Positions 19,006 through 29,438 of a stretch of DNA of 64,000 bases are shown piece by piece. The notes under the pieces are model-generated. The model had not been told where the DNA came from and did not search any database. It was given only the letters and a program-made list of their open reading frames with translations. Position 1 is the first letter of the stretch. Each line of letters starts with the position of its first letter. The position numbers and the translations under genes are program-made. The DNA lies in contig JALOPW010000002.1 in assembly GCA_025453675.1 (NCBI GenBank), positions 17,913 to 81,912 of the forward strand, written 5' to 3'. Origin of the DNA: Methanolinea sp. GTDB lineage: Archaea; Halobacteriota; Methanomicrobia; Methanomicrobiales; Methanospirillaceae.

Positions 19006-19981
19006 ACCTCGTCACCCCCTCTCCCGATACCTCGACAGGCCATCCAAACTGCTCCAGCAGCCAGCACATGGTCCGGGCATGCAATGAACAGGTGCGGGCG
19101 GTGTAGGACCCTCCCGCACAGGCAAGGTAGATGAGGAGCTGATCTGCCAGGAACGAATCGACCATGCCCCCACCGTTCATCTCGTCCATGAGGATAAGGG
19201 CAGCCTCCTCCCCCACTTTCTCTGCAGGATACCCCCGTCTCCCGATCCCGATCCCCCCCATCCAGTCCATCCACACCGTGCAGGAACTTCCGGTCCCCGG
19301 CCCCGGCCTCGCATCCAGCTCTTCCGGGAACGAGAGGCCCGTGTGGCGGGAGAGCAGTGACGCGGCGGCCCTGGCCTGCCTCTCTGCCACGTGTGAGGGG
19401 AGTCCGGCACTGCAGGAGCAGACTCCACGGTGTGCCTCCTGCCTGCGGCGGTCGGGGTTTATTGGTTGCAACATGGATGGTTCTGCCTCCACCCTCACTA
19501 TCCCTCCGCCTTTTGGATAATACCCGCGCCTCCGAATCTCAAGCGAGACCCGGGCCCCATGCATCTCGAGGAGGGGAATGAGGAGGCGGGCAAGGTAATC
19601 GATGGTGGGGCTCCGCGCCACCTCCGTCCCCCCGGTGAGGGTGATCTTTCCTCCCACACGTATCGCCACGGGGAGCCAGGCCTGGATCACCAGGGGGATG
19701 CTCCCTGCGGTGCCGACATCCAACACTATCTCGTTCCGGGATGGTGGGCCGGGGAGGAACGTCAGTTCCCTGCTGCCGCGGGCACACCCCGAGACCTCCG
19801 CATTGCAGGCCGCTGCAACTGCCAGGACCGCGGTAAGATGCTGGGGCCGGAGACCGGGCTGCTCCCTCCCTGCCCTGATTCGCTCTACACGGACGGGTGT
19901 GCCGGTCAGGGCTGAAAGAGCCACAGATGCCCGGACGATCTGCCCGCCACCTTCCAGGAATGCCCCATCTATCACCAGCAT
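18983..19981 (-). CDS. rtcA: RNA 3'-terminal phosphate cyclase
   Basis: IDGAFLEGGGQIVR, PGLRPQH, TAGSIPL, RGYYPKGGG, LADQLL. Confidence 0.93.
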   Translation of the reverse strand: MLVIDGAFLEGGGQIVRASVALSALTGTPVRVERIRAGREQPGLRPQHLTAVLAVAAACNAEVSGCARGSRELTFLPGPPSRNEIVLDVGTAGSIPLVIQAWLPVAIRVGGKITLTGGTEVARSPTIDYLARLLIPLLEMHGARVSLEIRRRGYYPKGGGIVRVEAEPSMLQPINPDRRRQEAHRGVCSCSAGLPSHVAERQARAAASLLSRHTGLSFPEELDARPGPGTGSSCTVWMDWMGGIGIGRRGYPAEKVGEEAALILMDEMNGGGMVDSFLADQLLIYLACAGGSYTARTCSLHARTMCWLLEQFGWPVEVSGEGVTRFVRAAGT

Positions 19982-20823
19982 CCTTGTATCCCGTCGGCGA
20001 TGGCACTCCCTGCCGAGTAGCGGCTGCATGCCCTCTCCAAAGTATCACTGCAGACCACTTCGCGTATCCCGGTGGCGAGCAGGCGGACGTAGGCCCCTTC
20101 TGCCAGGACCCCGTGTACGCATGCAGAGGAGACACTCCGGGCACCCTGTGCCTGGAGCATGGTCGCAGCCATGGCCAGGGTACCGCCGGTAGAGATGATG
20201 TCATCCACGATCACCACGTCCCGGTCTTTCGCTTCCAGATGCTTGGGCTCCATCCTCACCTCTTCGCCGCTCATCCGGGTCTTCTCGAGGTGATCCGTCT
20301 CCCAGCCGCAGGTGCCGGCAACCTGCCCGGCAAATGAGGCCGCACCATCGTCAGGGGCCAGTATGAGGGGATGATGGAGAGGGTGGGAGCCGAGGTAGCG
20401 CCCGATCTCTCCGGCAAGGCTGATGTCATGTGCAGGCACCCGGAAATGGGAGAGCACCGCCCGGTCATGCACGTTCACCGAGAAGATCCTTGATACCCCG
20501 GTCGAGAGCGCCCTGGCAATGGCCCTCGCGCTGAGAGGCTCACCTGCATGGACCTGCTTGTCCTGCCGGGCATAGCCCAGGTAGGGGATTACAAGGGTGT
20601 TCTCGGCACCTTCGCAGGCATCGATGAGGAGAAGGAGCTGTACCAGGGCATCTGCATGGGGGACGCTTCCCACTATGACCATCTCCCGATCGATGGCTGC
20701 CATCCGGAGGTAATGCTCACCGTCAGGGAACCGGGTGAACCGCACCCCGCCCAATGGACAATCAAGGGCTTTTGCGACGTTTGCGGCCAGGATCTGGGAA
20801 TATTCTGTGCTTACGACCAACAT
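19972..20823 (-). CDS. prs: Ribose-phosphate pyrophosphokinase
   Basis: FPDGE, PYLGYARQD, APDDGA, VDDIISTGGT. Confidence 0.95.
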   Translation of the reverse strand: MLVVSTEYSQILAANVAKALDCPLGGVRFTRFPDGEHYLRMAAIDREMVIVGSVPHADALVQLLLLIDACEGAENTLVIPYLGYARQDKQVHAGEPLSARAIARALSTGVSRIFSVNVHDRAVLSHFRVPAHDISLAGEIGRYLGSHPLHHPLILAPDDGAASFAGQVAGTCGWETDHLEKTRMSGEEVRMEPKHLEAKDRDVVIVDDIISTGGTLAMAATMLQAQGARSVSSACVHGVLAEGAYVRLLATGIREVVCSDTLERACSRYSAGSAIADGIQGCW

Positions 20824-20907
20824 ATCCGCTACCTCAGGCTGAAAGTACTTAAACGAGCAGGAATACATTATATCACTATCTCAGGGTGAGAAGAGGTCAA
20901 TTTTCGC

Positions 20908-22824
20908 ATGGGAACCGAGCAGATCATTGAGGAGAGTCAGGAAGAGGAGAGCCCCGTGGAGGTTTCAATGGAGAACTCCGCCCAGGTGGAAGTTCCTGTA
21001 TCCCTCATCGACCAGGTGATCGGACAGGAGCATGGCGTCGAGGTGATAAAGAAAGCCGCCACCCAGAGACGCCACGTCATGATGATCGGGAGCCCCGGCA
21101 CTGGGAAGTCAATGCTTGCAAAAGCCATGGCCGAGCTCCTCCCTAAAGAGGAGATGCAGGATATCCTCGTGTATCCGAACTCGGATGACCCGAATAACCC
21201 CATTGTAAGAACGGTCCCCTCCGGCCGAGGGAAGCAGATCGTCGCCGCACACAAGGCGGAGGCCCGAAAAAAGATACAACTGCGCAACACGCTCCTGATG
21301 CTCCTCCTCATCGGGATCATCGGGTACGCCTTTATCACCTACCAGTGGCTGATGGGGATCATCGCCGCAGCCTTTGTCTTCATGGCCCTCCGCTATGCCA
21401 CACCGCGGGAGGAGTCCATGGTCCCGAAGCTCCTGGTCTCCAATGACACCACCACTACCGCACCCTTCATCGATGCCACCGGTTCCCATGCAGGGGCGCT
21501 CCTCGGGGACGTCCGGCACGACCCGTTCCAGAGCGGCGGCCTTGAGACCCCGAGCCACGACAGGGTGGAGGCCGGGGCTATCCACAGGTCCCACAAGGGG
21601 GTTCTCTTCATCGACGAGATCAACACCCTCACCCCCCATTCCCAGCAGAACCTCCTCACCGCACTCCAGGAGGGGGAGTTCCCCATCACCGGGCAGAGTG
21701 AGCGTTCCAGCGGGGCGATGGTCAGGACCGAGCCCGTCCCCTGCAAGTTCATCATGATCGCCGCAGGAAACCTGGACGCCATCCAGGGGATGCACCCGGC
21801 GCTCCGCTCGCGTATCCGGGGCTACGGGTACGAGGTTTACATGAGCGAGAGCATGCTGGACACCCCCGAGAACAGGGAGAAGTTCATCCGCTTCATCGCA
21901 CAGGAGGTGAAGAACGACGGCAAGATCCCCCACTTTGACAAGGGCGCCATGGAAGAGATCATCCGTGAGGCCCGCCGGCGTTCCAACCGGAAGGGGCACC
22001 TCACCCTCAAGCTCCGGGACATGGGTGGGCTCATCCGGGTGGCGGGAGACCTGGCCCGGCAGCAGGGTGCAGAGGTGACCACCGCAGACCATGTCATCGC
22101 TGCCAAGAAGACCGCGAGATCCATCGAGGACCAGGTCTCAGACGAATACATCCACCGCAGCAGGGAATACGAACTTACCGTGGTGGAAGGGACCAGGATT
22201 GGCCGGGTGAACGGGCTTGCGGTGATGGGAAGCGATTCCGGCTCGGTGCTCCCCATCATGGCCGAGGTCACCCCTGCCCAGGGAGCCAGCGGGACGGTGA
22301 TCGCCACCGGCATGCTGAAAGAGATTGCACAGGAATCTATCAAGAACGTGAGTGCGATCCTGAAGAAGTTCACAGGAAAGGACATCAAGAACATGGATGT
22401 CCACATCCAGTTCATCGGCACCTACGGAGGAGTGGAGGGTGACTCCGCCTCCATCAGCGTGGCCACTGCAGTGATCAGTGCTATCGAGAGCATCCCTGTC
22501 CGCCAGGATATCGGCATGACCGGATCCCTCTCTGTCCGCGGGGACGTGCTCCCCGTCGGGGGAGTTACCTTCAAGATCGAGGCGGCCGCCAAGGCAGGGA
22601 TCAAGACCGTGCTCATCCCCAGGGCGAATATCGAGGATGTCCTGATCGAGGAGCGCTACCAGTCCATGGTCACGATCATCCCGGTCGACTATATCGAGGA
22701 TGTATTAAAGATCGCATTGGTGCCTGAGAACCGTGAAGGCTTCCTGAACAAGCTGCGCAAGATGGCCACCACTCCTTCCGGGCCATTCCTGGACCCTTCC
22801 GGGATCTCTACATCCCCGGCGTGA
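20908..22824 (+). CDS. lonB: Archaeal membrane-anchored ATP-dependent protease LonB
   Basis: GSPGTGKS, two TM helices in AAA domain, FIDEI, EGDSAS catalytic Ser, K dyad; no intein. Confidence 0.96.
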   Translation: MGTEQIIEESQEEESPVEVSMENSAQVEVPVSLIDQVIGQEHGVEVIKKAATQRRHVMMIGSPGTGKSMLAKAMAELLPKEEMQDILVYPNSDDPNNPIVRTVPSGRGKQIVAAHKAEARKKIQLRNTLLMLLLIGIIGYAFITYQWLMGIIAAAFVFMALRYATPREESMVPKLLVSNDTTTTAPFIDATGSHAGALLGDVRHDPFQSGGLETPSHDRVEAGAIHRSHKGVLFIDEINTLTPHSQQNLLTALQEGEFPITGQSERSSGAMVRTEPVPCKFIMIAAGNLDAIQGMHPALRSRIRGYGYEVYMSESMLDTPENREKFIRFIAQEVKNDGKIPHFDKGAMEEIIREARRRSNRKGHLTLKLRDMGGLIRVAGDLARQQGAEVTTADHVIAAKKTARSIEDQVSDEYIHRSREYELTVVEGTRIGRVNGLAVMGSDSGSVLPIMAEVTPAQGASGTVIATGMLKEIAQESIKNVSAILKKFTGKDIKNMDVHIQFIGTYGGVEGDSASISVATAVISAIESIPVRQDIGMTGSLSVRGDVLPVGGVTFKIEAAAKAGIKTVLIPRANIEDVLIEERYQSMVTIIPVDYIEDVLKIALVPENREGFLNKLRKMATTPSGPFLDPSGISTSPA

Positions 22825-22828
22825 AGTC

Positions 22829-24160
22829 ATGACCGGGGTCCGCTATTTTGACGTCCGCCACGTGACAGGCACTGTCACCCACATCGATATCGACAACACC
22901 CGGGTGGAGTCTGCAGGTACCTCGTTCGTCGACCGTGCAATCCTCCGGGTACTTGGCCCCAGGGGCTGGGGCATCCTGGCCATCGACCATTATACGCGGC
23001 CCGGCGGGAGATCTTTCCAGGAACTCCTGGAGAAGGCCGGACGGCTTGCATCGCTCACCGGCCAGGAGGTGATCCTGGCAGATGTTCCCACCGGGAGCCT
23101 CCCGGTCCCTCACATGAAGGAGGACCCCGGGTCAGTGGATATCCAGGAGAAGCAGCAACTGCTGGCAGAGGTGGAGAAGAGTGCCCGCATCGAGGGTATC
23201 AGGAGCACCCGGGCCAGTTATATCGAGCGCCTGGAGGAGGTGCGGTTCGAGGACAGCAGCGGCAACGAGTCTCATTACACCCTCAGCAGGTCCGGCTACT
23301 CCATCCTCGCAGTGGCAGGAAGGGGGAGTGACATGCAGATGGGATACCAGCGCAAGCACACCCTCCAGGACTTCAACCTGCGTCACCGCCAGGAGGACGG
23401 AAGGGTCGCCGCCGGGAGGGCCATCGCACTCCTTGATGCCAGGGCACCGAGGGGGGGGACCATGCACGCGGTGCTGGACCCGGAACTTGCCGGCGTATTC
23501 GCCCACGAAGCGGTGGGCCACGCGAGCGAGGCCGACCTCGTGCAGGAAGGGAGCTCGGTGCTCGGGGGTACTATCGGCGAGCGGATAGGGAGTCCGGCAG
23601 TGACAATCGTCGATGACCCCTCGCTCCCCGAGTTCGGGTTCGAACCCCTGGACGCCGAGGGGAGCAGGGTGAGCAGGACCGAGATCATCAGGGAAGGGGT
23701 GGTGCAGGCATTCCTCCATAGCAGGGAGACCCTGGCTGCGGTGGGGCACGGCCATGCGGGGAACGCCAGGGCCATGCCGGGGGAGCCTCCCCAGGTCCGG
23801 ATGAGCAACACCTACATAGAGAACGGGGACAGTTCGTTTGAAGAGATGATCAGGGAGTGCAGGTCCGGGATCCTCCTCAAGGGGACCCGGGGCGGACAGG
23901 TGGATCCCGGGAGGGGAGTCTTCCAGTTCAATGCCGAGTACGGCTATCACATTGAGGACGGCGAGGTCGGGGCCATGGTGAGGGATGTCTCGCTCTCGGG
24001 CGAGATACTGCAGACCCTGCACTCGATCTCGCTCTGTGCACGTGACCGGTCTATGCACCAGGGGTATTGCGGCAAGGGCGGGCAGAGCGTGCCGGTAAGT
24101 GACGGGGCTCCGCATGTCCTGCTGATGAACGCGGTGGTGGGTGGCAGTGGATCTGATTGA
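22829..24160 (+). CDS. tldD: TldD metalloprotease
   Basis: HEAVGHASEAD, RMSNTY, GYCGKGGQSVPV. Confidence 0.92.
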   Translation: MTGVRYFDVRHVTGTVTHIDIDNTRVESAGTSFVDRAILRVLGPRGWGILAIDHYTRPGGRSFQELLEKAGRLASLTGQEVILADVPTGSLPVPHMKEDPGSVDIQEKQQLLAEVEKSARIEGIRSTRASYIERLEEVRFEDSSGNESHYTLSRSGYSILAVAGRGSDMQMGYQRKHTLQDFNLRHRQEDGRVAAGRAIALLDARAPRGGTMHAVLDPELAGVFAHEAVGHASEADLVQEGSSVLGGTIGERIGSPAVTIVDDPSLPEFGFEPLDAEGSRVSRTEIIREGVVQAFLHSRETLAAVGHGHAGNARAMPGEPPQVRMSNTYIENGDSSFEEMIRECRSGILLKGTRGGQVDPGRGVFQFNAEYGYHIEDGEVGAMVRDVSLSGEILQTLHSISLCARDRSMHQGYCGKGGQSVPVSDGAPHVLLMNAVVGGSGSD

Positions 24161-25430
24161 CCGCATCATCAAAAGGGGTGAGGAACGGGTCGATGAACTG
24201 GAGGTCTACCTCTTCTCGGGGTCTTCGGTCACTGCACGGCTGAAGAAGCGGGAGATCCACTATGCGTCCGGGTCGGAACACCATGGGCTCTCGCTCCGTG
24301 TCATCCATGAAGGGCGGATAGGGATCTCCGCGACCAGCAACCCGGAGCGGTGGGACGCCTGCCTTGATGCCGCGATTGCCAGCGCCCGCCTCGCGACCCC
24401 GCAGGACTGGGCAGGGCTGCCCGGGCCTGGTGATCTCGATCCCGCCCCGCTGAATTTCGACCCGGAGGTCACCCCCGACGCTGAGACCACCCGTGAACTC
24501 CTGCTCCGGCTCCTGGAGGGAACCGGGGCCTACCCGGTGGAGATCACTTCGGGGAGCGCCGAGGTCTCCCGATATACCGGAATCCTCGCCAACAGCAGCG
24601 GACTCTGTTACCAGGACCAGGAGAGCTCGGTGAGCGTCGGGGTGGAGACCATCATGGAGCAGTCCACGGGGTACGAGTTTGAGACCTCCTGGAAGATGGA
24701 TATCGACCCCCGCGAGGTGGGAGAGAAGGCGGCGTACCTGGCCTACTCGTCGCATGGCGGCAGGGAGATCGGGACCGGACCATATGACGTGGTCCTCTCC
24801 CCGGTGGCGCTCTCCCAGTTCCTCGGGGGCGTGTATTTCCCTGCGCTGAGCGGGAAGAACGTCCATGCCGGCCGCTCCCGGCTGGCCCCCTCCCTCTCTC
24901 AGCAGGTCATGGACAGGACCCTCTCGCTCATCGATGAGCCCCTCCACCCCAGGGGACTTTCGAGTTGCCGGTGGGATGGGGAGGGGACCCCGACAAGGAG
25001 GGTGAACTTCGTGGAGAAGGGGATACTCCATGAATTTGCCTACGACCTGAAGACGGCATACCGGTACGGAAAAGAGAGCACCGGGAGCGCTGTCCGGGGC
25101 GGCCACGGGGGGTCCCCGACTATTGGGACCCACACACTCACTTTTGAGGGGCCGAGAGGGGGTGTCCTCGATGACGAGGTGGTGCACATCCACGACGTGG
25201 TCGGAGCTCACACCGCAAACCCCCTTACCGGCGACTTCTCCGTGGAACTCTCCAACGCCTATTTCATGCGGGACGGGACTGTTGAGTTCCCCATCAGGAA
25301 GGCCATGCTCTCCGGGAACGTCTTTGATATGTTCAGAGAGACCGGGGGGCTCTCCCCCGGGGAGAGGGTGATGGGGTCCATGGTCCTCCCGGAGATAAGA
25401 TTAAAAAACCTGGCGATCATTGGTAATTAG
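24141..25430 (+). CDS. pmbA: PmbA/TldE protein
   Basis: WDGEG, STGSAVRG, GAHTANPLTGDFS; lacks HExxxH; follows tldD. Confidence 0.88.
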   Translation: MAVDLIDRIIKRGEERVDELEVYLFSGSSVTARLKKREIHYASGSEHHGLSLRVIHEGRIGISATSNPERWDACLDAAIASARLATPQDWAGLPGPGDLDPAPLNFDPEVTPDAETTRELLLRLLEGTGAYPVEITSGSAEVSRYTGILANSSGLCYQDQESSVSVGVETIMEQSTGYEFETSWKMDIDPREVGEKAAYLAYSSHGGREIGTGPYDVVLSPVALSQFLGGVYFPALSGKNVHAGRSRLAPSLSQQVMDRTLSLIDEPLHPRGLSSCRWDGEGTPTRRVNFVEKGILHEFAYDLKTAYRYGKESTGSAVRGGHGGSPTIGTHTLTFEGPRGGVLDDEVVHIHDVVGAHTANPLTGDFSVELSNAYFMRDGTVEFPIRKAMLSGNVFDMFRETGGLSPGERVMGSMVLPEIRLKNLAIIGN

Positions 25431-25432
25431 GC

Positions 25433-25699
25433 ATGAATGTAGATTTCGCAGTCCTCATTGCCGGAATCATCATTGCAGTGGTGCTCTTCTTCATCATCAA
25501 GGATATCACGAAGCTGATAATCAACTCTATCCTTGGCCTCCTCATCCTCTTCTTCACAAACCTGTTCAACGTCATGGGAAGCCTGGGAAAGCCCGATATC
25601 CCCTATTCCCTGGTCAATATCCTCCTCTGCATCCTGGGGGGAATCCCGGGGGCACTCATCGTGATCGTGCTCCACCTGCTGGGGATTGAGGGGTTCTAG
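25433..25699 (+). CDS. BofA-like small membrane protein
   Basis: LIINSILGL..L...N, ILGGIPG; three TM segments. Confidence 0.75.
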   Translation: MNVDFAVLIAGIIIAVVLFFIIKDITKLIINSILGLLILFFTNLFNVMGSLGKPDIPYSLVNILLCILGGIPGALIVIVLHLLGIEGF

Positions 25700-25736
25700 G
25701 AAGGGGATTTTCAGTTTTGTATCTCGTCTCAATAGC

Positions 25737-25878
25737 GAGTATTCATTGAGGGGGATGGGGTGAATCCCCCTCCCGACCAAACCCCACGTATCCCCCGCAG
25801 GCCCTCTGGCCTATCGCACTTTGGGGTCGCCACAGCGGCCGGGGCATCAGCCCCAGGAACGTCTGAGAGGGAGTGCGG
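25737..25878 (-). repeat. Dispersed structured intergenic repeat, family A, copy 2 (inverted, shorter middle)
   Basis: Revcomp CCGCACTCCCTCTCAGACGTTCCTGGGGCTG...GCCGCTGTGGCGACCCC..GTGCGATA...CGGGAGGGGGATTCACCCCATCCCCC..ATGAAT. Confidence 0.8.
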
Positions 25879-26045
25879 TTTTTCATTTTCTCTGCCAGGA
25901 TGGGGAGAATCCCATTCCGGGGCCGCTCCCATGCATACCCCCGCAGTCGCATCAAATCGTAGCTTTCTTTTGACAGGAGGAGGTCTCACCCCCGGAGCCA
26001 CCCCTGCGTTTCCCCCGCAGCAGCGGGCTTTTTGCCCGCTGCTGG

Positions 26046-26747
26046 TTAAAACACGTTCGCTTCCGTGTACACCAGCACATGCTGCCCCTGCTGGATCTCG
26101 TAGGGCTTGATCTCCCGGGAATGGGCGGAGAGCCGCATCTTGACCACCTCGAGCGCCAGGTGGACATCGGTGAGATCTGAAGGGCGGACGTAACGGAGGA
26201 GGATCACGGTATCGGCGAGGTACTCGATGAGGTTATGGCGGCTGGCGAAGGCGTTGTCCTTGTCGGTCTCGCTGGTTATTACGATGGTGCAGTGCTGGTC
26301 CCGCAGGGTGTCGACGAACCGGAACATCTCCCTCCTCCGGTCGGAGTCACGGTCAAACAGGTCTTCAAAGAGCGAGATCGGGTCGATCACCACCCGCTTC
26401 GCCCCGACCTGCTTCACCAGCGCAGGGAGCTCGTTCTTGATGCTGTTGATGGCCAGGTTGAAGTCCGAGGGGTCGAGCTTCAGCACCGAGAGAGCTTTTC
26501 CGCGGTAGGGGGCAGTGTCCCATCCCTTCTCGTCCATGTAGCGGAGGAGGCGATCCTCCCGCTCCTCCAGGCTGATGTAAATGACATTTTCTCCATTCGT
26601 GAGCCCCTCCCAGATGAACTCCAGGGCAAAGGTGGTCTTTCCTGTACCATAGGTGCCGATGATGGCGCAGATGCTCCCGTCGATAAGCCCCCCTCCCATC
26701 ATCTGGTCCAGGCCCTCGATCCCAATCCTGACCCGCTCCCCGGTCAT
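26046..26747 (-). CDS. KaiC/RAD55-family single-domain ATPase
   Basis: Walker A GTYGTGKT, YISLEE, VVIDPIS, VKMR.S.H. Confidence 0.9.
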   Translation of the reverse strand: MTGERVRIGIEGLDQMMGGGLIDGSICAIIGTYGTGKTTFALEFIWEGLTNGENVIYISLEEREDRLLRYMDEKGWDTAPYRGKALSVLKLDPSDFNLAINSIKNELPALVKQVGAKRVVIDPISLFEDLFDRDSDRRREMFRFVDTLRDQHCTIVITSETDKDNAFASRHNLIEYLADTVILLRYVRPSDLTDVHLALEVVKMRLSAHSREIKPYEIQQGQHVLVYTEANVF

Positions 26748-27589
26748 ATGACCACCCGGATGTTGCTCACATCGAACCCTTCCGTAGAGGAGATACGCAC
26801 GGCAAACTTCACCAGGTCCTTCTCTTCAAGGTGGGGCATCAGCCCCCGGAACTTCTCGATGTACATCACCCTCTGCCTCCTGGCCCCGGTGGTCTCCTCC
26901 CACCGGAAGAAGAGGACCGCGTCCGCCGCATCTGCCACCTCCAGTTCCCGGGGGGGATCCAGGATGCCCTTGGTGAGCAGGAGATAGACCGTGGTGTTCC
27001 ACTCCTTGGCCACCCGTTGCAGGCCGCGTAAGAACGCTGAAAAATCATTCCACTTCCCGGTCTTGTTGTACTGAGTGGCCAGGTCAGTGATGGAATCGAG
27101 CACGACCAGGCTGTTTTTCGGTATCGTATTCAACTGGGATGCAAGGTATGCGAGGATCTGGTCATGCTCCCCCCGTGACTGGAGCCTGGAGATGATATCC
27201 TTGTCCGAGTACCATTCCAGGGGAATGATGCTCGAATCAAAATAGATCTGGGAGAGATCCTTGAATTTCACGTCCTCGAGTGCCCGGGTCATGTCGGGGT
27301 GAAAGGAGCGCCGCATCTCCCCGAGGATATCATCCTCCCCCTTGGTGAAGGTGACATAGGTGATCTCTTCAGGAAGGAGGAGGTGCTCCTGCACCGGGTT
27401 ATGCTTCATCCTGGAGAGGAGCAGGATGGAACTGTAGACAAATTCGCTGTTCCCAGCCCCGATGTCCCCCAGGAGGAGGATGAGCGATCCGGGTGGGACT
27501 CCCCCCTCCATCACCGGGTCCAGGGATGCAATACCAGTTGGCATTGTCCGGCGCGGCGTATCGTGCATGCAGAACCTCAGATATACCAT
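26744..27589 (-). CDS. KaiC/RAD55-family ATPase with degenerate Walker A
   Basis: PTGIASLD..GGVP.GS, GDIGAGNS (K replaced by N), VVLDSITDL, IEKFRG; start may be later. Confidence 0.85.
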   Translation of the reverse strand: MVYLRFCMHDTPRRTMPTGIASLDPVMEGGVPPGSLILLLGDIGAGNSEFVYSSILLLSRMKHNPVQEHLLLPEEITYVTFTKGEDDILGEMRRSFHPDMTRALEDVKFKDLSQIYFDSSIIPLEWYSDKDIISRLQSRGEHDQILAYLASQLNTIPKNSLVVLDSITDLATQYNKTGKWNDFSAFLRGLQRVAKEWNTTVYLLLTKGILDPPRELEVADAADAVLFFRWEETTGARRQRVMYIEKFRGLMPHLEEKDLVKFAVRISSTEGFDVSNIRVVI

Positions 27590-27773
27590 GAAGAATGAGG
27601 GTCCCCGGATACATGTAGATTTCTGTCAGACAGGAAAAGTATCCTGTTGCCGGGCACCATTTCCGTCTCCATCTGCGGGCTCCGCCAATCATGCATTTAT
27701 ATATGTATGCAGGGATACCAATCCTACAGAAGACGACGCGCCCAGGGCCTGGCCGCAGGAGCAGGGGAATTTC

Positions 27774-29438
27774 GTGCCACTCAAAGTTCCGGACCTCAAG
27801 GGGATCACTGACCGCCTCAAACCGGTGAAAGGGAAGGACGAGATAGACACCACGCCACCGGACTATTCTTTTCCAGGTTTCTTATCCCGGAAAAAAGCCG
27901 CATCATCGTTTCCCGAGTACGACTTTGGGGTCCACGGCCCCCTTGTTGAAGCCAGGATTCCCGATGGATACCGGGAGGTCGAACGGTACTGGGTGGATGA
28001 GGGCAGGTCCCTCGTGGATATCGCGTTAAACGAGAACACCAACCAGTATGAGTATCTCCTCTATGAGCCCAGCCTCTCGGAATTCGAATACGAGCTCCTG
28101 GAGCGGATTCACGAGGACATGCGTTCGGCGCTCATCCTCACCGACGATGAACTCGGGAAAGACAGGCGTACCCTGCTGATGGAGAAGATGCAGTCGCTCC
28201 TCCACGAGTACGGCATCAGCCTGGAGGAGGGGAGTCTCTTCCGCCTGCAGTATTTCCTGGTCCGGAATTTCATCGGCTGGGGACGGATCGAGGCCCTGAT
28301 GAAGGACCCCTACCTCGAGGACATCTCCTGCGACGGGAACCAGATCCCCATATTCCTCTATCACCGCAAGTACCGGAATGTCAAGACGAACATCAGGTTC
28401 GAGGCGGAGGTCCTCAACTCCCTCGCCATCACCCTCGCACAGCGGTCCGGCAAGCACATCTCCACCGGCACCCCCATGCTCGATGCTACCCTCCCCGACG
28501 GGTCAAGGCTCCAGCTGACACTCGGGACAGAGGTGACTACCAGGGGCACCTCGTTCACCATCCGGAAGTTCCGGGAGGATCCCTTCTCCCCGGTCGAGCT
28601 CGCGGAATACCGCACCTTCAATGCCGATGAGCTGGTGTACTTCTGGATAGCCATCGAGAACAACAAGAGCCTCCTCTTCATCGGGGGGACTGCATCGGGA
28701 AAGACCTCATCCCTCAACGCCGTCTCCCTCTTCATCCCCCCCATGGCCAAGGTGGTGAGCATCGAGGATACCCGGGAGATCACCCTTTTCCATGAGAACT
28801 GGATCGCCAGCGTAACAAGGGAGACAGTGGCAGAAGGGTCAAACATCATCTCCATGTTCGATCTCCTCAGGGCCGCCATGCGCCAGAGGCCCGAGTATAT
28901 CCTGGTCGGGGAGGTCAGGGGAGTTGAGGCCCAGACCCTCTTCCAGGCCATGAACACCGGGCACACCACCTTCTCCACCATGCACGCAGGGAGCGTGGAT
29001 GCGGCTATTCACCGGCTGGAGAACGAGCCCCTCAATGTCCCGAGGAACATGGTCACTGCCCTGAATATCGTGAGCGTGCAGGCCCTCATCTACAGGGGCA
29101 CGGAAAGGGTGCGGCGGTGCCTGGAGATCGTGGAGATCGCAGGGATCGATCCATCGACAGGGAATCTCCGTGTCAACACGGTCTTTGAATATGATCCCAT
29201 CCGCGACCTGTTCAACTACAAGGGGAGGTCGCATATCTATGCTGACATCGCCGAACGGAGGGGATGGAGCAGGGAACAACTGGAACAGGAGATTGCCTCC
29301 AGGAAGAAGATACTGGAAGCCATGGAGCACCAGAAGATCATCGATTACAAACGTGTATCGCGTATCTTCCAGGCCTACAGCATCAACCCGTCACGAGTGA
29401 TTGAGAACCTGGAGAACCTCTCCCGAGTACTTGAATGA
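27774..29438 (+). CDS. Type IV pilus/type II secretion assembly ATPase (PilB/FlaI-like)
   Basis: EDISCDG, SFTIRKF, GGTASGKT, SIEDTRE, RQRPEYILVGEVRG, TGH; GTG start 27774 inferred. Confidence 0.9.
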   Translation: MPLKVPDLKGITDRLKPVKGKDEIDTTPPDYSFPGFLSRKKAASSFPEYDFGVHGPLVEARIPDGYREVERYWVDEGRSLVDIALNENTNQYEYLLYEPSLSEFEYELLERIHEDMRSALILTDDELGKDRRTLLMEKMQSLLHEYGISLEEGSLFRLQYFLVRNFIGWGRIEALMKDPYLEDISCDGNQIPIFLYHRKYRNVKTNIRFEAEVLNSLAITLAQRSGKHISTGTPMLDATLPDGSRLQLTLGTEVTTRGTSFTIRKFREDPFSPVELAEYRTFNADELVYFWIAIENNKSLLFIGGTASGKTSSLNAVSLFIPPMAKVVSIEDTREITLFHENWIASVTRETVAEGSNIISMFDLLRAAMRQRPEYILVGEVRGVEAQTLFQAMNTGHTTFSTMHAGSVDAAIHRLENEPLNVPRNMVTALNIVSVQALIYRGTERVRRCLEIVEIAGIDPSTGNLRVNTVFEYDPIRDLFNYKGRSHIYADIAERRGWSREQLEQEIASRKKILEAMEHQKIIDYKRVSRIFQAYSINPSRVIENLENLSRVLE